Positions 39,201 to 46,006 of a DNA stretch of 64,000 nt are shown in pieces; within the stretch, counting starts at the first letter, position 1; every line of letters starts with the position of its first letter. The DNA comes from Candidatus Moraniibacteriota bacterium (GTDB lineage Bacteria; Patescibacteriota; Minisyncoccia; Moranbacterales; UBA2206). Made by a program: the position numbers and the translations under genes. Location: contig JBAQUL010000014.1 of NCBI GenBank assembly GCA_049297495.1, positions 6,359 through 70,358 on the forward strand, read 5' to 3'. The notes under the pieces are model-generated. The model ran no database searches, was not told where the DNA came from, and worked only from the letters and a program-made list of their open reading frames with translations.

Positions 39201-39870
39201 CACGCAAGACGGTACCAATTTCTGTACCATCTGTTATCCACATTTTCCACTCACCTGTATCATCAGAAGCATTAAAATAAATAAGTCCATTGAACTCAAC
39301 AAAGCTATTCGCATAGCTGTCTCCACTTCCCAGGTTGATATCTTTCAGCATTACTGTGCCAATTTCTGTGCCATCGGACTTCCAAGGTTCAACTCCGTGC
39401 ACACCATCGTTTGCAAGAAAATAAAGAACATCATTAATATTACTGATATTATAAATATCAGCATTGCCAATGCCCGGATTAATATCTTTCACCATTACTG
39501 TCCCGGCTGCAGTACCATCTGACTTCCAAAGTTCATTTCCATGAGTACCATCATCATTAACGGTGAAATAGATTAGGTTGCCCACCGCAAAACTCAGATG
39601 AGGAACGGAATCATCAATGCCCGGATTGATATCTTTCACCATTACTGTTCCGGCTGCAGTACCATCTGACTTCCAAAGTTCTTGTCCGCTAACACCATCA
39701 TTAGCTACGAGATACACCAAATCTCCGACACGAAGAGAATCGGAGATTTGACCGCCATCTGCTCCTGCATAAATATCTTTGACAAGCACTGGACTAGCTG
39801 CACGGACATTCCCTGCACCCAAGAATATGGTACTACAAACCAAACTAAAAAGAAGAACTTTGTATTTCAT
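27256..39870 (-). CDS. Giant (~4200 aa) secreted/membrane-anchored multi-repeat surface protein with ELWxxDGT repeats, Listeria-Bacteroides (Flg_new) repeats, an RCC1 double propeller, and C-terminal TM plus carboxypeptidase-regulatory-like domains
   Basis: Single uninterrupted 12.7-kb ORF (the track gives 27256..39951; start placed at MKYKVLLFSLV, a signal peptide). See the finding for the domain map. Numerous antisense ORFs inside it are ignored. Confidence 0.85.
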   Translation of the reverse strand: MKYKVLLFSLVCSTIFLGAGNVRAASPVLVKDIYAGADGGQISDSLRVGDLVYLVANDGVSGQELWKSDGTAAGTVMVKDINPGIDDSVPHLSFAVGNLIYFTVNDDGTHGNELWKSDGTAAGTVMVKDINPGIGNADIYNISNINDVLYFLANDGVHGVEPWKSDGTEIGTVMLKDINLGSGDSYANSFVEFNGLIYFNASDDTGEWKMWITDGTEIGTVLRGDSSLDPYNFIVFNGSLFFEATDAEHGYELWKSDGTASGSVLVKDINPGTSDGDPCDFVVFDGNLYFFADDGVHGGELWKSDGTEGGTVLLEDVNLGVGDSYPDSNVISNGALYTLIYNSSVGNNGLWKIDSGGATLVMGGTSTAGCDEMIDMNDVLYFSYFDTGNWWDSHIWKTDGSNTIQVDNTVSEIENFTKKDQYLFFSGNNGVNGSELMSLDTTVVFRTLTYTAGSNGSISGTSPQTIIDGGSGTAVTANPDSGYYFVDWNDGSTQNPRTDTNVTSNINVTANFSNVYTLTYVADSNGTIVGDYSQSIIFDGNGSAVTAVPNANYHFVNWSDSSTQNPRTDTNVQVSNTFTANFAIDTYTLTYVAGANGTISGTSPQTVDRGSDGSAVTAVPSVGYHFVDWSDSSTQNPRTDTDVISNLSVSANFAINSHTLTYTAGPNGTFTGTSPQTVNYGSSGSTVVAVPDTGYHFFNWSDGATSASRTDINITGDVNVTANFSIGIDDLHEAWTQTSWIGGVSSDIASHAGNAQNWTEYSSKDGDIAATTELLLQSKGGSEIQTTNADFNAGTNSNTQSSNSAVSLLGTVNQVVEGDTHTCALKPDGTVFCWGSNTSGYLGDNTTGDRYVPVQVVGVGGSGNLTSIVQIAAGYTHTCALKSDGSVYCWGGNNNGQLGDNSLVQRTAPVQVLGVDGVDTLAGVSQIVARSSHTCALKSDGSVYCWGYNGTGQLGDNTVARKLTPTQVLGVGGTGNLTDVSRISAGNQHACALKSDSTVFCWGGNGNGQLGDNSTIQALTPVQTKGVGGVGYLTDATQLESNGNSSCVTKSDESVFCWGGNDYGQLGDGTTVGSSPWGRLTPVQVRGVGGTGFLTGVSKVALGAYHTCAVKPDGSTFCWGRNNYYQLGDGTNVIKTTPVQVLGVGGVGNLADIRQIAGGTFHTCALKSDGLAYCWGYNSNGQLGDTSVTTRSTPVYVRTVGDIASASQISAGPYHSCAAKSDGSAYCWGDGSSGKLGNNSSSGSSAPVQVVDVGGTGYLTSVSQVATGDSHSCALKTDGTVYCWGSNSSGQIGDNTTSIRYTPVQVKGVGGSGFLTGVSSVEAGSFHTCAVKTDNTVFCWGSNGTGQLGDNTTTQRNAPIQVLGVGGAGNLTSVSRVSAGMAHTCAAKIDGTAYCWGYNLNGRLGDNSTTQRPAPVQVLGSLTGVNQISAGDAHTCAVKSDGAAYCWGLNTNGRLGDNSTTQRLIPTQVKGVGGAGTLAGVSRIASGYAYSCAAISDGSAYCWGLNTNGQLGDNTVVQKLAPIQVLGVGGSGNLAGASDVTTGNAHSCTFESGNTVYCWGNNGNGQLGDMTTTQRLTPTQVKDAGPNFNFGAITFSTPGTFISSIIDSGQKSFPDTLAFTKTTPANTTLTIDIRAGSVGTPDGTWTDWQLDVSTGASISALGTSQYFQYRANLATTDTTATPTLSDITFNYQYYPTNQILQSSSYNTNLLLAIMGKLRWNETLLPGSDINFQLRTSPDNANWTPWCGPNDGVAGSCSSTTYFTDSVGDELIDDTQNDKTDDQYVQYKIFLLSDGRNASSISDVTIEFQNDTRTLSYAAGAHGTLSGATSQTIAYRSNGTAVTAIPDVDYHFASWSDGSTQNPRTDLDVTNNISVTANFAPENLTLTYVAGLHGSISGTTPQTVAYEADGSAVTASPDSTYHFTRWSDGSTQNPRTDTNVQDNITVTALFAPYTLTYTAGLNGTISGVSPQVVDDGNDASAVTAVSDTGYHFVDWSDGVMTASRTDTNVTNHIAVTANFAINVYSLNYAAAANGSLSGVTAQTVNHGASGSAVEAIPDSTYHLVDWSDGSTQNPRTDINVTGNINVTATFSNIIYTLSYTGEAGGTLSGNLSQSVNPGRDGTVVTAIPDAGYRFVDWSDGSTQNPRTDTDINSNISVTVNFTRILGDPYMIDINKTTDAGGTIWSMEGSGGKVFFTEKGGDTLEGTSGNSMQVWGSDGTHDGTVLLGTFMNSDRIDITDVNGVAFYGVLTFASEDQLWKSDGTIAGTVLVKSGVEVCADHSDPVASGGSLYWACNDTLWKSDGTEIGTEIVKDTNPSATGGFILGLTDVNGILYFGADDGVNGYELWKSNGTPSGTEMVRDIYAGSSSGLDSITYGYAKNNGFKVAENVGGVFYFVARTGAIGDEVWRSDGTSAGTTIVGDIYEGAIGSDPSYFKTMNGALYFQATDYYYDSFDEQHHSHGAELWKADGSGASIVKDISVIGGSSYPSLLTNVGGILYFFANDGPDGNELWRSDGTNLGTNLVKDINPGISDGVSLVFYSDMRITGGFGGELYFQASDGVHGKELWKSNGTSGGTVMMKDIFAGFNGSLASRMVDAGGTLYFAASDGDHGEEPWKTDGTSGGTVLVRDTNLTKGSAYPDNLTIFNGETYFSANDGIHGYELWKTDGTIIGTTMVKDINLGNSIYASPSLFHVVGDTLYFAADDGVHGRELWKTDGTESGTVLVKDIYIGTQDGLYYWASARGDVNGIFYFSANDGNGYELWKSDGTESGTEMVKNIYPGVGDDSIYPYLLTSMNGILYFKANDNVNGPELWRSDGTSDGTTMVKDIYPGSNGSGIETLVSIGNALYFNASNGINGSELWKSDGTVGGTVMVKDIYDGSNGSFGYNLFVYNNEVYFAADDGVHSNELWKSNGTASGTVLVKDITVGAFSNPNNYAASDVSLYFSAGQYPGKLWKTDGTESGTVLVKDIYSGAGATEPSKLTNVDGIMYFKATDGSSSHGSELWESDGTTVGTKMVEDIFVGGDGVNANARIVNLNNVPIFVADNGDNGRELWTFGSVTSYTLTYTAGANGSISGTTPQSVIENGDGSEVVAVPAVGYHFVDWSDSNTDNPRIDTNVTSNITVTANFAENAVITHTLTYTAGANGGVSGTSPQIVNDGADGTAVSAVPNSNYHFVNWSDSSTDNPRTDTNVTGNLTVTANFAINAYTLTYHPGTGGTISGTTPQTVNYGGNGTEVIAIPNPGWHFVSWDGGSTNPARTDTNVTGDITVVASFAIDTYTLTYNHDTNGTISGTTPQTIDHGSDGTAVSAVPNTGYHFVDWSDNSTDNPRTDTNITSNLTVTANFAINSYTLMYSADANGSLTGTTPQTVNHGADGTQITAVPASGYHFVNWSDNSTENPRTDTNVTNNITVTANFSNALILTYIAGSGGTITGTNPQNVSYGDDGTEVTATPNVGYHFTDWSDNSIDNPRTDTNIQADATYTANFAINSYTLTYSANANGSLTGTTSQTVTHGESGTQITAVPIAGYRFVNWSDNSTQNPRTDTNVQANLNVSANFSNALLLTYTAGPGGTITGTTPQTVTIGSNGTPVTATPNTGYHFVSWSDNLESATRTDTNVQTDLTLTANFEKNTFTLRYRDDGNGEIDGDETQTISYDEDGKEVEAKPNTGYLFKEWSDGKDSNPRKDKNIQEDLSVTAEFEKEEYTLKYNANSNGSIQGDANQTVKYKEDGEEVEALPATNYHFTNWSDGKTERVRTDTDIKADLTLTANFASDTETPTDTTYTLTYTSGGNGTLSGNANQTVKAGESGTSITAIPDNNYHFTDWSDGNVQNPRTDTSITKNIFAVANFALNTVPIEELIPPNPSNEPTTPETTKQEEEKLAETKKQEEKKRILANIEDREERIAPPLFPAIPEEQEAEAQAVAAMALSTSLLPLLYQARAAKRNMTILLRDLPLGLFGLLSKTKKKKMWGTVYDSATGDPIPLVSISVIEAATGKTKETKLTDKLGSYYFLVPKGEYQLEIKKSGYVIDSHDIDAKTYYTNVLTDPEKKKLTFTDSGIICYDLCLKATNPDQKSFKNKRLSYFFFAAIFYLGFALTIFITLSNPTSLNLFITLIYLANVIIRNMTHLGSKWGYVVNKEGTKQPFSAISLLDRNTKQLIARTISDEQGRYILLANSGDYILKTMTNASQFAQKEETITLKERGVVKRKIVV
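35150..37420 (-). repeat. ~14 tandem RCC1 repeats (CWGxNxxGQLGD) inside the giant protein gene (approximate bounds)
   Basis: Repeated CALKSDGSVYCWGxNxNGQLGDNT units read from the minus-strand translation. Confidence 0.7.
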
Positions 39871-40295
39871 CCTATTAAAAGATTTTATCTGACTATTTAT
39901 TTGATTATTTTTTTTAAAACTCTCCGTCTCACATTCATCCGACACCAACATGACGGAAATTTACTCAGAGCCGCCCCTGAAATTTCACTCTAATAATTCT
40001 CAGGCTACATTTAACTAATCTCACTCTAGACATGCATATTTTCAGATTTCAGCTTCAACCCTAATTTTCTTCAACCATTCTTCTTACTTGCTCTACTGTA
40101 TCACAGTTATCAAAAGATAAACACCCCTCAAATAAACAATATTGATTATTACTAAAATAACCAGACCATCATTAAAATCAACACTCCTTCTCCGCACAAC
40201 TCTCACATGAATCATAGCACGGCTAGCGCTTTTTTTGAAAATACAAAACAAACCCGTCACTATTCCCACAATAAGTCAAATCATTAATAGCTTCG

Positions 40296-41501
40296 TTAAC
40301 TTTGGATTGTCTGGCGCCTATTTTTTCTCACTATTTTGTTTTCCGACAAATAAAAAGCTGGAACCAAAGCAGAAAAGACCACTAAGGCCGATAAAATAAA
40401 AATGACAGAGAGGGGCAAGAACAATAAAATCACAAAAGAAAGGCTAGCTGCCAAGATATAGCCGACCGGCATCGCCGTACGAAAAAAACCAATAAGATCA
40501 ACGTCATCACCATCAATTCGCTTATAAAAGTATGAATCGCGTAAAATTTCCACCATCGCCGCCCCAATTCTTGTCAAAAGCAGAACCAGCGACCAAACAA
40601 GAACGCTTGGTGAATTAGTTAAAAACACTAGAATAGCAGAAAAAGCCATGATAAAAAGGGCAAAAAACAATAGTTTTTTTTCTCCCATTTTTTTATCAGC
40701 GAGAAATCCCATTGGATATTGCAAGACCACAAAAGGCAAAAGCATTACGGAAAAAATAATACCAATCTGATCCCAGTTCAACCCCAAATCCATAAGATAA
40801 ATGGGCATATAAATTATCATCAATGCAAAAAAGAACTCCAAAACAAAAGAAATGTAATAGATATACAAAACATTCTTCCGCTTGTAAACTTTCCTTAATA
40901 AATCAATAACAGAAATGTCCGTACTTGTTTTCCCATTCGTATCCCGGAGCTTAAGCAGGGCATAAAAAAAGACTAAAATATTAAATATTAAAAGAAAAAG
41001 GAATATACCGGAAAAATCAAATCTTCCCAAGAGTCGCGTCGAAACAAACGGTCCCAAAAGAAACCCCGCATTTAAAATCGTTAGATGCTTTCCGCGAATC
41101 CTTCCCGACTCCTTGTCGCAAGAGAAAGACTCCAAAATTGTATCAAGACTCACCCACTCTAATCCAGAAGATATCACGTAAAGCATCAATACAAAGATGC
41201 CCCAGCTTGATGGGTGCGAATTAGTCAGAAAAATAAGACTGATTATTTTAAATACCAAAACAAGCAAAAAAACACTAGTTTTCCCTAGTGTTCGCGCTAG
41301 TTTATGCATATTTAAAAGAATCAGGAGTAAAATTGAATACGCAATAAAATAAAAACCACCAACATTCTCCGTTCCAGAGGCTTCCTTAAAATAGGAAGAC
41401 ATCACATAAATCAAAACGGCTTGAGAAAATCCCAAAAAAAAGGAAACATAACCGATGGTTTTTGTTTTTTTTCGATCTAAATGTTCTTTGTGTTTTGGCA
41501 T
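40296..41501 (-). CDS. MFS transporter
   Basis: 12 TM. Start placed at MPKHKEHL because the longer ORF (to 41570) runs into an F2 repeat. Confidence 0.7.
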   Translation of the reverse strand: MPKHKEHLDRKKTKTIGYVSFFLGFSQAVLIYVMSSYFKEASGTENVGGFYFIAYSILLLILLNMHKLARTLGKTSVFLLVLVFKIISLIFLTNSHPSSWGIFVLMLYVISSGLEWVSLDTILESFSCDKESGRIRGKHLTILNAGFLLGPFVSTRLLGRFDFSGIFLFLLIFNILVFFYALLKLRDTNGKTSTDISVIDLLRKVYKRKNVLYIYYISFVLEFFFALMIIYMPIYLMDLGLNWDQIGIIFSVMLLPFVVLQYPMGFLADKKMGEKKLLFFALFIMAFSAILVFLTNSPSVLVWSLVLLLTRIGAAMVEILRDSYFYKRIDGDDVDLIGFFRTAMPVGYILAASLSFVILLFLPLSVIFILSALVVFSALVPAFYLSENKIVRKNRRQTIQS

Positions 41502-41511
41502 TGTAGTAGCG

Positions 41512-41673
41512 TCCCCTTCGCCCTTAGGGAGAAGGTGGCCGAAAGCCGGATGAGGGAGGGAGCTCACCATGAAAAACTAGTTTTTTTATTTTTATTTAAT
41601 ATTATTCTTTTCCTATAGCCTCCTCCCTCACCTGTCACGAGTACGTGACATCCGCTCCCTAAGGGAGAAGAGG
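41512..41673. repeat. Structured palindromic element family F2, copy B
   Basis: tccccttcgcccttagggagaaggtggccgaaagccggatgagggaggga...cctcctccctcacctgtcacgagtacgtgacatccgctccctaagggagaagagg. Confidence 0.7.
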
Positions 41674-41684
41674 CGTAAAAAAAC

Positions 41685-43004
41685 TTACGGCGTAATTCGT
41701 TTTACATCACGAGGAAATAGGATTGCCTCCTTAATGCTTCCCAGAGCAAGAATTTTCTGCACAATCCGTTCCGATCCCAAACCCCAGCCTCCGTGAGCCG
41801 GCATACCAAGTTTAAAAATATCCAAATAATGTTCAAAATCTTCCGGCTTTAGGCCATGCTTTATGATACTGTTTTTTAGTTGCTCATAATCATGAATTCT
41901 TTGCCCGCCACTGGCAATCTCCACTCCGCGAAACAATAGGTCAAATGTTTCGGTATATTGACCATCAACGCTTGGCATGGAATAAAATGGTCGCACACTA
42001 ACAGGATAGTGTGTCAAAAAAACAAAATCCGAATTATGCTTCTTCTTTGCCCATTCGCAAATCAAACGTTCACCTTCAGGATCAATGTCCACATCCTCAG
42101 ATTTTTTGCCATACTCCTTATCTAGAATCTCCAGGGCTTCAGTGAGTCGTAGACGGGGAAATTTATCTGAAAATAAGAGCTCGCCTGCATCATATTCGGA
42201 AAGTTCCACCTGACAATTTTTTGAAATATCCAAAAGCATCCTCTGCATCACTTTCTCCAGCGCGTCCATCACGTCAGAAAAACTGTCAATAAATCCCATC
42301 TCGGCATCAAGTCCCGTATACTCATTGACATGCCGAGTCGTAAAATGCGGCTCTGCTCGAAAAACTGTTCCGATTTCAAATACTCGTTCAAAAGCGCCTA
42401 CTCCAGCCTGCTTGTAGAACTGAGGACTTTGAGCCAGATATGCATCACGCTCAAAATATTTTATCTTAAAAAAATTGGCACCGCCTTCCGTCGCAGCAGA
42501 AAGAATTTTAGGAGTCTTGATCTCGAGAAAAGAATTTTCTCGCATCACATCGCCATACGATTTAATCATTTCTGCGTACACTTTGAAAATGTCATTGATT
42601 TTCTTGTTTCGCAAAACCAAATTACGATTATCCAAAAGCGTATTGAGATTGGCATCCAATTCACTTTTGGCCACATCAAACGGCAGCTCCGCCTCAACTT
42701 TCGAAATAAGCGTTATTTTTGCCGCCTCAAGCTCGATTTTCCCCGTCTTAGCATCTTTCTCCAATCCGCCTGGACGCTCCTTGACGAGTCCTTCGATTTC
42801 CACCACAAATTCGCTACGGATATCCTTAGCATTTTGATAGGCGCTCTCCTTATCGGGGATAACCACGATTTGCACAACGCCACTCCGATCACGAAGATCG
42901 ATAAAGATCAACTTGCCATGATCACGACGCGAATTGACCCAGCCAGCTAATTTAACATATTGCCCAATCATTCTTGGCGCATCCGCTATAAGTGTTCTTT
43001 CCAT
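41685..43004 (-). CDS. aspS: Aspartate--tRNA ligase, archaeal/type-2 form (probably non-discriminating)
   Basis: Class II aaRS motifs (FRAEPHFTTRH, GGWGLGSERI). The C-terminus LFPRDVKRITP is typical of short AspRS2 rather than AsnRS (PFPRTP). Confidence 0.75.
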   Translation of the reverse strand: MERTLIADAPRMIGQYVKLAGWVNSRRDHGKLIFIDLRDRSGVVQIVVIPDKESAYQNAKDIRSEFVVEIEGLVKERPGGLEKDAKTGKIELEAAKITLISKVEAELPFDVAKSELDANLNTLLDNRNLVLRNKKINDIFKVYAEMIKSYGDVMRENSFLEIKTPKILSAATEGGANFFKIKYFERDAYLAQSPQFYKQAGVGAFERVFEIGTVFRAEPHFTTRHVNEYTGLDAEMGFIDSFSDVMDALEKVMQRMLLDISKNCQVELSEYDAGELLFSDKFPRLRLTEALEILDKEYGKKSEDVDIDPEGERLICEWAKKKHNSDFVFLTHYPVSVRPFYSMPSVDGQYTETFDLLFRGVEIASGGQRIHDYEQLKNSIIKHGLKPEDFEHYLDIFKLGMPAHGGWGLGSERIVQKILALGSIKEAILFPRDVKRITP

Positions 43005-43103
43005 AATCTTACTTGTCCCCCACTAACTCAAACAGTGTCCTGGTTAGTTCGGAAAATTAAAGTTTTAATAAAATCAAATCAAAAATCCAGAAGATAATCT
43101 CAG

Positions 43104-43490
43104 CTATCCAAGAGCAGTCTCCTCACCATTTGTCAGTCTTTTGATTTCTTCTACCATTTCACTTGGCGTGTATTGCGATTTTGTAATAAAACCATTTGCC
43201 CCAAGTGCCATCACCTTATCTCGTTCTTCCTTTTGGCTTAGATTGCTTGAAATCACAATCTTAATATTTGGGTCATAGTTACCATTCCTTAAACTTTCAG
43301 TTACTTGAAAACCGTCCATCTTAGGCAAAAGCAAATCCAAAAGGATAATATCCACCTTTTCTCGCTTAACTATTTCCAAAACTTGCTCACCGGAAAGAGC
43401 AGTCAAAACCTCATAACCTTTTTCTGAAAATTTCCGCTGGTATATCTCGGAAATCATCAAATCATCTTCGGCAATTAGAATTTTTGTCAT
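43104..43490 (-). CDS. Stand-alone response-regulator receiver domain (CheY-like)
   Basis: 128 aa with DD...D57-like ILLDLLLPKMDG and a conserved Lys. Confidence 0.75.
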   Translation of the reverse strand: MTKILIAEDDLMISEIYQRKFSEKGYEVLTALSGEQVLEIVKREKVDIILLDLLLPKMDGFQVTESLRNGNYDPNIKIVISSNLSQKEERDKVMALGANGFITKSQYTPSEMVEEIKRLTNGEETALG

Positions 43491-43572
43491 ACTTTATTTT
43501 AAACAATTTCAAACCGACATATTAATGCCCTAATCAAACTTCAATTGAATTATAGCTAATTGGCAGAAAAAA

Positions 43573-44484
43573 TCAAATCTTCACGGCCGTTTCGCCCCAA
43601 AGCTTTGTGCTAAGATATTTTTCTCCACGATCAGGGAAAATAACCGCCAGCCTACCGGAGATATTTCGATTAGCTAATTCGAACGCAGCAAGCATTGCAG
43701 CGCCGGAAGACATGCCCACAAAAACCCCTTCCTCCTTTGCAATTCGCCGTGCCATATCAAAAGCTTTTTCACTTTCAATATTCACAAATTCATCAATTTG
43801 CTTTTTGTCATATATCGCTGGAACAATTGCCTCATCCATATTCTTGAGCCCTTGAATGTAATGACCTTTTTCTGGATAAGCACAAACAATTTTTATATTT
43901 GGATTATACTCTTTCAGATATTTCCCCACCCCCATAATCGTACCGGAGGTGCCAATCGACGAAACAAAATAATCGATTTTTCCATCCATGTCATCCCAGA
44001 TTTCCTTGGCAGTTGTTTCATAGTGAGCAATTTTGTTGTAAACATTAGAAAACTGATCAGGCATAAAGTATTTTTCAGGATTGTTTTTCACCAATTCTCT
44101 GGCTTTTACAATCGCGCCATCTGTTCCTTTGCTCGCATCAGTCAGAATTATTTTTGCCCCAAAAGCCTCAAGCATCTTCCTTCTTTCCATGGAAACCGCC
44201 GCACTCATCACAATTTCCACGGCATAACCCAAGACTGCTCCAATCATGGCGATTCCAATTCCGGTATTGCCCGAGGTTGGCTCGATAATCGTCTTGCTTC
44301 TCGTCAACTCCCCACTCTCAATTCCTTTCTCCAGCATCTTAAGCGCGACGCGATCCTTGATACTTCCGCCAGGATTTTGTCCCTCTAATTTGGCAAAGAT
44401 TTCTAGATTAGGATTTGGGTTGAGTTTGTTGATTTTGATAAGCGGAGTATTACCGATAGTTTCTAAAATATTTTGATAAAGCAT
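43573..44484 (-). CDS. cysK: Cysteine synthase (O-acetylserine sulfhydrylase)
   Basis: PTSGNTGIGIAM PLP-lysine region and a GTSGT glycine-rich loop. Confidence 0.85.
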   Translation of the reverse strand: MLYQNILETIGNTPLIKINKLNPNPNLEIFAKLEGQNPGGSIKDRVALKMLEKGIESGELTRSKTIIEPTSGNTGIGIAMIGAVLGYAVEIVMSAAVSMERRKMLEAFGAKIILTDASKGTDGAIVKARELVKNNPEKYFMPDQFSNVYNKIAHYETTAKEIWDDMDGKIDYFVSSIGTSGTIMGVGKYLKEYNPNIKIVCAYPEKGHYIQGLKNMDEAIVPAIYDKKQIDEFVNIESEKAFDMARRIAKEEGVFVGMSSGAAMLAAFELANRNISGRLAVIFPDRGEKYLSTKLWGETAVKI

Positions 44485-44514
44485 AGATTTTTAAATTATT
44501 ATAACTAAAATATT

Positions 44515-44655
44515 TGTCATCCTGAGCGAAGTCCTGTACTCAGGACGCAGTCGAAGGATCTGCTCGAGGTAATCCTAAGTTTTACCACAAAGAATTAAGC
44601 TAGTGATAACGGTGAGCAGATTCTTCGACTTCGCTACGCTACGCTCAGAATGACA
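44515..44655. repeat. MITE-like element family F1, copy 3
   Basis: tgtcatcctgagcgaagtcctgtactcaggacgcagtcgaaggatctgctcgagg...ctacgctcagaatgaca. Confidence 0.7.
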
Positions 44656-44884
44656 ACAAAAAACAAAAATCCCGACTGTCTCGGGAGTTAGCGTCAAATC
44701 TTTTTCCTATATATTCTTTAACAGAAAAAAGCTGCTCCCGAAGCAATGGCATGATCACAGCAACAACAAAAAAGACTGCCGAGTTGAAAATTCTGAGAAT
44801 TAGACTTTTTTAAATTCATTTTTTTACAAGTTTTAACCTGAAATTAATATAACCTAAAATTTGAAATTAAGCAAATACGTCATA

Positions 44885-44913
44885 TTGCTTATTCTTTTAA
44901 TTAACTATACAAT
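44885..44913 (+). promoter_or_regulatory. Sigma70-like promoter TTGCTT-17-TACAAT upstream of prfA
   Basis: TTGCTT at 44885-44890 and TACAAT at 44908-44913; prfA ATG at 44938. Confidence 0.35.
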
Positions 44914-44937
44914 ACTAAAAGCAACAAAAATATCAAT

Positions 44938-46002
44938 ATGCGCGAACAAATCGAACAAATTAAAGCCGAATATGCTCAAATAGCCGAAGAACTCAGCAAT
45001 CCTTCAGTAGTTTTTGATACGCAAAAAATGACCACGCTATCCAAAAAACAGGCAGAGTTGAATGAGGTTATGCGTAAAATCGAAGAACTTGAACTTGTCG
45101 AAAAAAATATGCGGGAAAACGCCGAAATCGTAAATAGCGAAGAAGACTCCGAAATGAAGCAAATGGCCATGGACGAAAACATTTCCCTTTCAGGGAAAAA
45201 AGCGCTATTGGACAAAGAACTAGAAACACTTCTCTTGCCCAAAGACCCACATGATGCAAAAAATGTTATTGTCGAAATTCGCGCCGGGGCCGGTGGCGAT
45301 GAGTCAGCTCTTTTTGCTGCCAGTCTTTTTCGCATGTATTCCCATTATGCTGAAAACAAGCATTGGCAGCTGGTCCTCCTTAACTCACACCAAAATGGAG
45401 TTGGCGGATTTAAAGAAGTTGTTTTTGAAATAAATGGAACTGGGGCCTATGGCAAGATGAAATATGAATCTGGAGTGCACCGTGTCCAAAGAATTCCTGA
45501 AACTGAAAAAAATGGACGCATCCACACCTCCACTGCCACTGTCGCAGTTCTCCCCGAAGCAGAAGAATTCGATTTCAAGATTGAAGAAAAAGATATTCGG
45601 ATTGATACATTTTGCTCATCTGGCCCGGGCGGCCAATCGGTCAACACAACAAAATCAGCCGTACGCATCACCTATCTTCCCACAGGAATGATCGTTTCTT
45701 GCCAAGATGAAAAATCTCAACTGAAAAATAAAGATAAGGCCATGAAAGTTCTCCGCTCACGTCTTTTGCAAGCCGAGGAAGAAAAGCGCAGTAAAGACCT
45801 AGGCGACCAAAGAAAATCCCAAATCGGCACAGGAGACCGCAGTGAAAAGATCAGAACCTACAATTTTCCCCAAGATCGCATCACTGACCACCGCATCAAG
45901 CAAAACTGGAGCAATATCTATGGCACACTAGAAGGCAATATTGAGCCAATTATCTCCGCTCTCGAAGAAGAAGATATAAAGATAAAACTCGCCAATCTTT
46001 AA
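44938..46002 (+). CDS. prfA: Peptide chain release factor 1
   Basis: GGQ motif ([11 protein letters not shown]) and a PxT-type tripeptide (PET). Confidence 0.9.
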   Translation: MREQIEQIKAEYAQIAEELSNPSVVFDTQKMTTLSKKQAELNEVMRKIEELELVEKNMRENAEIVNSEEDSEMKQMAMDENISLSGKKALLDKELETLLLPKDPHDAKNVIVEIRAGAGGDESALFAASLFRMYSHYAENKHWQLVLLNSHQNGVGGFKEVVFEINGTGAYGKMKYESGVHRVQRIPETEKNGRIHTSTATVAVLPEAEEFDFKIEEKDIRIDTFCSSGPGGQSVNTTKSAVRITYLPTGMIVSCQDEKSQLKNKDKAMKVLRSRLLQAEEEKRSKDLGDQRKSQIGTGDRSEKIRTYNFPQDRITDHRIKQNWSNIYGTLEGNIEPIISALEEEDIKIKLANL

Positions 46003-46006
46003 ACCT

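Noticed and set aside
41685-43004. Asparaginyl-tRNA synthetase as an alternative call
   Set aside because: The C-terminal FPRDVKRITP matches archaeal-type AspRS rather than the AsnRS PFPRTP ending. AsnRS is not fully excluded without a phylogeny.
44685-44705. Hairpin cccgactgtctcggg as a terminator
   Set aside because: It has a short 5-bp stem with no adjacent T-run on either strand, and lies between an F1 repeat and the prfA promoter.
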